DNA from: Macrostomum lignano | Lineage: Eukaryota | Length of the DNA: 64,000 bases | Direction of reading: 5' to 3' | Assembly: GCA_002269645.1 (NCBI GenBank) | Contig: NIVC01001187.1 | Location: forward strand, 1 to 64,000 | In this document: in pieces, positions 24,668-34,398 of the stretch | Layout of the letters: each line of letters begins with the position of its first letter | How positions within the stretch are numbered: the first letter of the stretch is position 1 | Translations under genes and position numbers: made by a program | Notes under the pieces: model-generated | Databases searched by the model: none | Told to the model about the DNA's origin: nothing | Seen by the model: only the letters and a program-made list of their open reading frames with translations

Positions 24668-24925
24668 GGGCCTTTTCATATTGCTTGTCTGGTTCCAGAA
24701 CCAGAACCAATTTGTGAAGTATAACTTTTTGTCTCCATAACTAGAGGGAGATACGTGCTAAAAGTTTTTATTATTGAACGAAAATCGCCAAGAAGAAAGT
24801 GAAAAATTGTGCCAAGTTAGGTTGTTAAGGCAGTCAAATATTAACAGAGTTTAATGGTTATACTGCTGTTTTTCTTGGAATTCCGAACCGATTCTGGTTC
24901 TGGAATTGGTAATATGAAAAGGCCC
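24668..24925. mobile_element. PIF/Harbinger-like MITE, 258 bp
   Basis: 15-bp perfect TIR GGGCCTTTTCATATT / AATATGAAAAGGCCC, an inner inverted ttccagaaccagaa, and a 3-bp direct flank AAG on both sides. Confidence 0.7.
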
Positions 24926-25723
24926 AAGGAATGGGGTTGGTGGGTGTGGAGTGGTCTTGGTTTATCATTTGCGTAATAGGTACACTAGGGAAACCACGTG
25001 GGTGACATAATTAACTTTTTATGTTTTCAAGCCTTTCAGACTTTTATGGAGTCGGCCTGGGTTAAGTTTTTCATTTTTTCAGATTTTTCAGTATTTTTCA
25101 ATATTTTTGTAGCTAATTAATGTAGGCCCTACTAAGGCACTATGTTGCAATTTTATCTTTAAATTCAATTAAAGTTCCACTAGTCTGCTATGATATGGCA
25201 ATAAGAAGCCATGGATATAAAGGTTTTTAGACAGATCATATAGATATAAATATGGTTAGGCCTAGGCCTATAAGAACAATTTTTATAGGCCTAAATACTA
25301 AAATACCTCACTAAGCTCTTATATCTAGATCACTCAATAACTTGAAGACTTAAGACATCAAATACCAATTACCATTGAAGCCATTGCTTTGATATGTAGG
25401 GGTAGATCAGTAAAAATGCTTTTGAAATATATGAATGTTTTAAATTTCAAAGCTTTTATAAGATTTTGTTAGCTAGGCCTAGCCTACCTAGGTCTATTGC
25501 TATATTTATTTGCCTTGTAGGTTGTAGGCTATAGCATAATAGATTAATGTAGCCCCCCTTATTTGAAATAGAAGAGCAGTTCCAATAAGCTCTTAAGTCC
25601 CCAAGAATAGGAACTCAAGCAATAAAGAATTTTCCATATCCATATTATAATAATTAGGGTAGGCCTAATAGGGCTAAAATTGAGATAAATATTTTCATTT
25701 TCAAATGCAAAGGAGCTCTTAAG

Positions 25724-26252
25724 TAGGGATTGCTGCAATATCCCAGATTTTTGTGATCCTGGGATTTAATCCCAGATTTGGCCAATCCTAGGATTGAATC
25801 CCGGGATCAGAATAATACAGATTTTTATGCTTCCAGGTTGAAATTTTAAGGCAAAATATGTGCTTATTGCTTTTTTGCTTACTTTTTTATTATTAGACTA
25901 TAGAGATAGGCCTAATGATCTATTTGTAAATGAAAAACAGCATTGTCTTGTGACCTATTAAAGTAAATAGTATAAATATACTAATTAGTAAAGAAGCAAA
26001 TCATATCAAAATTTAAATGGGAATTAATTTCATATTTGAATCTGTGATGTGGGGTTTAAAAAGGTGCCACATGACGTGAGGCAATTAATGGAAATTAGCA
26101 CAGTATAATAAACTAGTTGTGGGCCTAATTATGTTTATATTATAGCATTTTTTGTAAAAATATTAGCAAAAATTGTCCTGGGATTTAGAGTCCCAAATTT
26201 AGGCCCAATCCCAGGATTTCAGGATCCTGGGATCCTAGGATTGCAATCCCTA
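25724..26252. mobile_element. hAT-like MITE, 529 bp
   Basis: TIR TAGGGATTGC / GCAATCCCTA, subterminal (a)tccc(a/g)gga motifs at both ends, and an 8-bp TSD ctcttaag / ctctcaag (7 of 8 identical). Confidence 0.8.
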
Positions 26253-26731
26253 CTCTCAAGTCCATAGGATAAGGATCTAAACAGTAGAAATTTTGATAAT
26301 GCATGCACATTGGGATAGTAAGAGGCATAAATTAAGATAAATAATACCAATAAAGAGGCTGCCTAGTATTTACTACTACTAAAGAGGCTATATTGAAAAT
26401 AATTCAATGTTTTTGATGGGCCTATTCTATATTCTTAAGAACACATTTATAAGTAGACCATAACTCTTACAAAAGATCTTATTAAACATAGAAGATTTTG
26501 TTATTTTATTGGTTACTTAAACATAAAAAGAGAGGGCCAAAAGGAAAGAAAAAGAGAGAAGAAAAGCAAAAAAGAAAGGAGAAAAAGAAAAGAAAGAAAA
26601 GTGGTAAAAGAAAAGAAAAGAAAGACATAGAGAGAACTGAGAAAGGAAAGAAAGAAAAAAAAGAAAGAAAATATTGAAAAAGACAATCAAGTTAATGGGT
26701 ATTGAACATCAGATATGTTCTAAATTACCTA

Positions 26732-27695
26732 CAAGGGGTGTCCAAAAAGTAGTGATACTTTTAACCGTAGCTCTCATTCTATACCTTCCTGTGATTTAAA
26801 ATTTTATGAACTGATAGCGGAAAATCTCTTCTACAGACTGCTTTTTAAATTTTTAAAATTGATACTAGAGAACAAAAGTTATACCCACGAAAGTAACAGT
26901 ACCTATACCATAGAGTTACACAAATTATATCGAAATTTATAATAGTCGACTTCTGCACTCATTCATTAAGAAGGCATCGATAAATGTCTTGTTAAAGCAA
27001 TACCAAACCCCAATTGCAAAATGATACTCACTGTGACTGACTGAAATTTATCTATGGACGGGATCAGGTGCAGAAAAATAAAGCATTAAATAAAGCAAAC
27101 AGAGGAGCTTGCATTTTGCGATTCGTTTATGATTTCATTGCCCATACTCAACAACACACAAGGATGTGCACTCAGTTGTTGCTCAGCAAAGTACCATCTT
27201 CACTCTTTGGGGCGCTGGCCATGGTGCCTCAGAAATTCACGCAAAACTTTGCTCTGCGCACGGATCCTCTGCGGTCAGCAAAATGGCAGTTTATCGATGG
27301 ATGGAGCAGTTCAGCGAGGGAAGGACTGACTTGGCAGATCAGCATTGGATGGGGCGGCCATACGTTCATCGACCTGATGTACTAGCGGACTCCATTCTGG
27401 ATCTTCTTGACCATTAGAGAGATCGCTGACAGGTTGGACAAGACAAAATCAACAATTCATCGAAGCTTCCTCGGCATGGATCTCGTGAAGCTCAGCCTAT
27501 AATTTGTGTAACTCTGTGGTGCGGGTACTGCTGCTTTCGTGGGTGTAACTTTTGTTCTCTGGTATCAATTTTAAAAATTCAAAAAGCAGTCTGTAGAAGA
27601 GATTTTCCGCTATCAGTTCATAAAATTTTAAATCACAGGAAGGTATAGAATAAGAGCAACAGTTAAAAGTATCACTACTTTTTGGACACCCCTCG
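26732..27695 (+). mobile_element. Internally deleted mariner element with ~200-bp TIRs and a transposase N-terminal HTH remnant
   Basis: TA|caaggggtgtccaaaaagtagtgatac... and ...gtatcactactttttggacacccctcg|TA. The internal frame (~27160-27480) reads GHGASEIHAKLCSAHGSSAVSKMAVYRWMEQFSEGRTDLADQHWMGRP, typical of a mariner HTH ending in the GRP motif. It has a stop codon and no DDD domain. Confidence 0.88.
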
Positions 27696-28244
27696 TACAA
27701 AACACTTTTCAATGTTGCATTTTTGCAACTATAATAGCTAGCAGCAAGAGGTCCTAATGACCCATCTATGATATAACTTTCTTGTTATAGTTAGTGCACT
27801 ACTAGCCAGTGGCACTTGGCAAGAATAAGAAATAGAAAATTCACTAATTATAGATATAGATAGGCTACAGGAAAAATTTAAGATATGGCTACAGCTATGG
27901 ATATAGAAATAAATTTTAATATAATAGAACTTTAAATTTATAAAAGTATATTTGATGTCATTAGTTGTTGCTATTTCCAATAAAAATCAATCTGGCTTTT
28001 GTGGATAGGTTTATTATTTATAAAGTTTTCATTTTTGGACTTTAGAATTATAATGGCTATAAGAGTCTATTTTTGTCTTTTAAAATTATATTTATTCATT
28101 TATATGTGCCTGGAACTCTTGTTTTAGGATTTGTATTCATTTTATCCCACTATAGGTTTATTTAAATTATATGAGCTAAAATATAATTTTAAGCAATATT
28201 CTTTTGATATTACTATAAATAAGCTATATGGGTATTGTGTAGTT

Positions 28245-28400
28245 CAAGGGTTGGCAACCTTTGGCCATGGCCAGATCTGGCCCGCAGACTTTCTATGCGG
28301 CCTACAAACTTCTTCTATCTTCATTATTATAATCTGGCCTGCACCATTGTAATCAACTTCATTTTTTGGCCCATAAAAGTTTTGTGCATTGAAAATAAGG
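28245..28400 (+). mobile_element. Possible 5-prime end of a hAT/Charlie-type non-autonomous element
   Basis: caagggttggcaacctttggccatggccagatctggcccgc resembles the CAGGGGT-GGCAA...GGCC...GGCCCGC termini of Charlie-type MITEs. No matching right end found. Confidence 0.35.
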
Positions 28401-29204
28401 AATTTCTCTCTGCCCAATTGTCAATTTTAATTATAAATTTGTAATGAGACACAGACTAAGTCTGAGTGGCTGTTTACAAAGTCTGTTTTTAAAGTTTTCA
28501 AAGAAAGACAGCATATCAGTTCAAAATTTTGAATAGAATAGAAATAGGGTAACTGGCAGCAAAGGAAAGTGAGGTGGTAGCTAGCCAACAATGGGGATAC
28601 AAATTTAGTGCATTGATTGGGCTGACTGTGCAATAGAATCAAACTTTCTAAGAATGCATCAAATTATTATAAACTTGTTTTTAATTCTGTGTCTTCAGCA
28701 TCAAATTATATTTTAGCGCATCAGTGGTGCAACCAGAGACCCATGGGGGATTTTGGAGGGTAAAGACCCAGGGAGGGGCGGGGTAATAGGGGCAACCTGT
28801 GGCCCATGTACTTGAACTGAAAACCTCATCTGGCCCTCAAGTGGAGAAGGTTGCTGACCTTTGGTGTAGTTATTTTGAAAATTTTCTTTAATATTCAAAA
28901 AGATTACAACAGTACAGGAAAAATAATATTGATAAAACTCTGAATTCCAAAAATAAAAAGTGTTCTCTTAAAAACTGCTTTGCGAAATTATAATTTGCAT
29001 TTAACTTTGGTTGTAAGGCTTGAACAAACCAAAGTTCATATAGAATCTCAGAGGGTTGTATAATCGGTTATATGTATGTCATTTTTAGTGTATGAATGTT
29101 ATTAAGTATAAGATGCTCAAATACCTAGATCAGTGTAGTATTGTATTGAGCAAACTGTTAGACTAAACTTATCTGGCCACTGCAGACCAAACAGTTCAGC
29201 CGCC

Positions 29205-31359
29205 ATGTCATCAGCCGCTGCATTGGAAAATCAGAGGCTCGACCTTCAGGAGCTGCGCGAACTTCGCGCCAGCAGCCAGCGGCCGCGGGTGCAGGACCTG
29301 CTGGACCTGCAGATTCGCCGCATTGAGACGGACTTGGCCGCTGCCGCAGAGGCCGCCGGCGGCGACCAGCCAGCGGGCAAGTCGGCCGGCTCGGCCGCCA
29401 GCCAGTCGGACAGGTCCTTCACCACCGAGATCAAAACCTACGCCTGGGACGACTCGGACAAATTCTGCAAGCTCTATGTGTCCGAGGGCCTGTCCGGGGT
29501 GGGCAGCCTCGACAAGGACGCCGTGACGGCCGAGTTCACCGAGAACTCCGTGCTGCTGCGGGTTTGCGGCCTGAACGGTCGTGACAGGGAGCTGCGAATT
29601 CCCCGCCTGTACGACCGCATCCTGCCGGACAGCTGCTCGTTCAAGGTCAAGTCCGATCAGGTGCTTCTGAGCCTGCGAAAGGCCGCCTGCAACAGGTGGG
29701 TCCATGCTTGCTTGGCTGTGGGACATAAACTCGGGTAGAAGAGGGCCATGACCATATGCAGTCAGGCAGAAGAGGGCTATGACCATATGCACTCAGGTAG
29801 AAGAGGGCCATGACCATATGCACTCAGGTAGAAGAGGGCCATGACCATATGCACTCAGGTAGAAGAGGGCCATGACCATATGCACTCAGGTAGAAGAGGG
29901 CCATGACCATATGCACTCAGGTAGAAGAGGGCCATGACCATATGCACTCAGGTAGAAGAGGGCCATGACCATATGCACTCAGGCAGAGGGCCATGACCAT
30001 ATGCACTCAGGCAGAGGGCCATGACCATATGCAGTCAGGCAGAGGGCCGTGACCATATGCACTCAGGCAGAGGGCCATGACCATATGAAGTCAGGCAGAG
30101 GGCCATGACCATATGCAGTCATGCAGAGGGCCATGACCATATGCACTCAGGCAGAGGGCCATGACCATATGCACTCAGGCAGAGGGCCATGACCATATGC
30201 AGTCAGGCAGAGGGCCGTGACCATATGCACTCAGGCAGAGGGCCATGACCATATGCACTCAGGCAGAGGGCCATGACCATATGCTGTCAGGCAGAGGGCC
30301 GTGACCATATGCACTCAGGCAGAGGGCCATGACCATATGAAGTCAGGCAGAGGGCCATGACCGTATGCAGTCAGGCAGAGGGCCATGACCATATGCAGTC
30401 AGGCAGAGGGCCATGACCATATGCAGTCAGGCAGAGGGCCATGACCATATGCAGTCAGGCAGAAGAGGGCCATGACCATATGCAGTCAGGCAGAGGGCCA
30501 TGACCATATGCAGTCAGGCAGAGGGCCATGACCATATGCTGTCAGGCAGAGGGCCGTGACCATATGCACTCAGGCAGAGGGCCATGACCATATGAAGTCA
30601 GGCAGAGGGCCATGACCATATGCAGTCAGGCAGAGGGCCATGACCATATGCAGTCAGGCAGAGGGCCATGACCATATGCAGTCAGGCAGAGGGCCATGAC
30701 CATATGCAGTCAGGCAGAAGAGGGCCATGACCATATGCAGTCAGGCAGAGGGCCATGACCATATGCAGTCAGGCAGAGGGCCATGACCATATGCAGTCAG
30801 GCAGAGGGCCATGACCATATGCAGTCAGGCAGAGGGCCATGACCATATGCAGTCAGGCAGAGGGCCATGACCATATGCAGTCAGGCAGAGGCCATGACCA
30901 TATGCTGTCAGGCAGAGGGCCATGACCATATGCAGTCAGGCAGAGGGCCATGACCATATGCAGTCAGGCAGAGGGCCATGACCATATGCAGTCAGGCAGA
31001 GGGCCATGACCATATGCAGTCAGGCAGAGGGCCATGACCATATGCAGTCAGGCAGAGGGCCATGACCATATGCAGTCAGGCAGAGGGCCATGACCATATG
31101 CAATCAGGCAGTCAGGTGAGCCTCCCCCATTTCGCACTGCAGGTGGGAATTCGTCACCGAGCACGAGCGGCGGGCCAGCGAAGCCAAGAAGGCGGCCAGC
31201 AGCAAGAAGGCGCCGGGCGCTGACGAGGACCCCAGCGCCAGCATGATGGGGCTGATGCGCCAGATGTACGAGGAGGGCGACGACGAGATGAAGCGGACCA
31301 TCGCCAAGGCGTTCTCGGAGTCGCAGAGCAAGCGAGGCGCGGGCGATCCGGGACTTTGA
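29205..31359 (+). CDS. CACYBP: Calcyclin-binding protein (Siah-interacting protein), 235 aa; exons 29205-29695, 31143-31359
   Basis: N-terminal helical hairpin (DLQELRELR...RPRVQDLL), CS domain (IKTYAWDDSDKFCKLYV...KVKSDQVLLSLRK) and SGS domain (DPSASMMGLMRQMYEEGDDEMKRTIAKAF). Phase-2 intron, total 708 nt. Confidence 0.93.
29735..31110. repeat. Intronic 31/28-bp minisatellite (agagggccatgaccatatgca[c/g]tcaggc)n
   Basis: Fills the single CACYBP intron. 31-bp units at the 5-prime end, mostly 28-bp units afterwards. Confidence 0.97.
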
Positions 31360-31753
31360 ACTGCAGGGCCGCTGGAGTGTTTGGAGTCTTAGTTTATTCA
31401 AGACCACCTCTGTGGTTTATTTTCTATTCAGCCAATTATTTTCTACTGAAATCGCGTCTGCATGCGAATTCGTGTCAGTTAATGTTTTCTATGTTGCTTC
31501 AATCGTGTCAGCCGTAATAAAGTTACAGTTGCTGGCGGCCCGTCAGTATGGCGCCTTTGGAAATTTGAATTCTTGTCCGGTGGAACTGCCAGGCCGCTTT
31601 TAGGCTTGCTGTTTGTTGTAAATCTGGTCTGTTGTGATTTGCGTCTTTTACAGACTTGACCTGCTTTAGAATTGAATTTAGGCCAATTAAACCGACTATT
31701 TTTGTCCTCATCCCGTTCGGGAAACCAGTAAGTCATGATCACTTCCGTTCAGG

Positions 31754-34220
31754 CATGACCATTAGGGAAACCAATCACCCATGACCATTATGGAAACCAA
31801 TCTATGACCATTAGGGAAACCAATCACCCATGACCAATAGGGAAACCAATCTATGACCATTAGGGAAACCAATCACCCATGACCATTAGGGAAACCAATC
31901 ACCCATGACCATTAGGGAAACCAATCACCCATGACCAATAGGGAAACCAATCACCCATGACCATTAGGGAAATCAATCACCCATGACCATTAGGGAAATC
32001 AATCACCCATGACCATTAGGGAAACCAATCATCCATGACCATTAGGGACACCAATCACCCATGACCATTAGGGAAACCAATCTATGACCATTAGGGAAAC
32101 CAATCACCCATGACCATTAGGGAAACCAATCTATGACCATTAGGGAAACCAATCACCCATGACCATTAGGGAAACCAATCACCCATGACCATTAGGGAAA
32201 CCAATCTTCCATGACCATTAGGGAAACCAATCTTCCATGACCATTAGGGAAACCAATCTTCCATAACCATTAGGGAAACCAATCACCCATGACCATTAGG
32301 GAAACCAATCACCCATGACCATTAGGGAAACCAATCTTCCATGACCATTAGGGAAACCAATCTTCCATGACCATTAGGGAAATCAATCACCCATGACCAT
32401 TAGGGAAACCAATCACCCATGACCATTAGGGAAACCAATCATCCATGACCATTAGGGAAACCAATCACCCATGACCAATAGGGAAACCAATCTATGACCA
32501 TTAGGGAAACCAACCACCCATGACCATTAGGGAAATCAATCACCCATGACCATTAGGGAAACCAATCACCCATGACCATTATGGAAACCAATCTATGACC
32601 ATTAGGGAAACCAATCACCCATGACCAATAGGGAAACCAATCTATGACCATTAGGGAAACCAATCACCCATGACCATTAGGGAAACCAACCACCCATGAC
32701 CATTAGGGAAACCAATCACCCATGACCATTAGGGAAACCAATCTATGACCATTAGGGAAACCAATCACCCATGACCATTATGGAAACCAATCTATGACCA
32801 TTAGGGAAACCAATCACCCATGACCAATAGGGAAACCAATCTATGACCATTAGGGAAACCAATCACCCATGACCATTAGGGAAACCAATCACCCATGACC
32901 ATTAGGGAAACCAATCTTCCATGACCATTAGCGAAACCAATCTTCCATGACCATTAGGGAAACCAATCTTCCATGACCATTAGGGAAACCAATCACCCAT
33001 GACCATTAGGGAAACCAATCACCTATAACCATTAGGGAAACCAATCACCCATGACCATTAGGGAAACCAATCATCCATGACCATTAGGGAAACCCATTAC
33101 CTATGACTATTAGGGAAATCAATCACCCATGACCATTAGGGAAACCAATCACCCATGACCATTAGGGAAACCAATCATCCATGACCATTAGGGAAACCAA
33201 TCACCCATGACCATTAGGGAAACCAATCATCCATGACCATTAGGGAAACCAATCACCCATGACCATTAGGGAAACCAATCATCCATGACCATTAGGGAAA
33301 CCCACTACCTATGACTATTAGGGAAATCAATCACCCATGACCATTAGGGAAACCAATCACCCATGACCATTAGCGAAACCAATCTATGACCATTAGGGAA
33401 ACCAATCACCCATAACCATTAGGGAAACCAATCTATGACCATTAGGGAAACGAATCATCCATGACCATTAGGGAAATCAATCACCCATGACCATTAGGGA
33501 AACCAATCATCCATGACCATTAGGGAAACCAATCACCCATGACCATTAGGGAAACGAATCATCCATGACCATTAGGGAAACCAATCACCCATGACCATTA
33601 GGGAAACCAATCATCTATGACCATTAGGGAAACCAATCATCCATGACCATTAGGGAAACCAATCACCCATGACCATTAGGGAAACTCATCCATGACCATT
33701 AGGGAAACCAATCACCCATGACCATTAGGGAAACCAATCTTCCATGACCATTAGGGAAACCAATCATCCATGACCATTAGGGAAACCAATCACCCATGAC
33801 CATTAGGGAAACCAATCACCCATGACCATTAGGGAAACCAATCACCCATAACCATTAGGGAAATCAATCACCCATGACCATTAGGGAAACCAATCATCTA
33901 TGACCATTAGGGAAACCAATCACCCATGACCATTAGGGAAACGAATCATCCATGACCATTAGGGAAACCAATCACCCATGACCATTAGGGAAACTCATCC
34001 ATGACCATTAGGGAAACCAATCACCCATGACCATTAGGGAAACCAATCTTCCATGACCATTAGGGAAATCAATCACCCATGACCATTAGGGAAACCAATC
34101 ACCCATGACCATTAGGGAAACCAATCTATGACCATTAGGGAAACCAATCTATGACCAGTAGGGAAACCAATCACCCATGACCATTAGGGAAACCAATCTA
34201 TGACCATTAGGGAAACCAAT
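31754..34220. repeat. 2.5-kb 26/23-bp minisatellite (catgaccattagggaaaccaatcacc)n between CACYBP and THUMPD1
   Basis: Roughly 95-100 copies. Most units carry one TTAGGG and one CCAAT. Confidence 0.97.
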
Positions 34221-34398
34221 CCAGTTGATGTTAATAAAAATTTACAATGCAATTAACTACAAACCGGCCATGCAGTGGCCCAGCGAGCGCAAATCCTTGC
34301 TGTTTTTCGCAAGTGAACAGAAAACCGAGATAGCCTACCTAAATTAGTAGCAATACAGGCGTGCAATCTCCCACCGCCCCTCCGCGATTGCGATTCAG

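Noticed and set aside
26525-26680. Purine-rich (AAAG)-like tract
   Set aside because: Ordinary low-complexity sequence with no further structure.
28722-28870. GC-richer patch beginning cagtggtgcaaccag as a hAT terminus
   Set aside because: No matching inverted end or TSD could be found.
31754-34220. Interstitial telomere or chromosome-fusion scar
   Set aside because: TTAGGG occurs once per 26-bp unit and never as tandem hexamers.
34270-34312. ATG-containing mini-exon (MQWPSERKSLLFFA) as the THUMPD1 first exon
   Set aside because: Its donor is phase 1, while the available acceptors need phase 0 (34399) or phase 2 (~34359). The peptide does not resemble THUMPD1.
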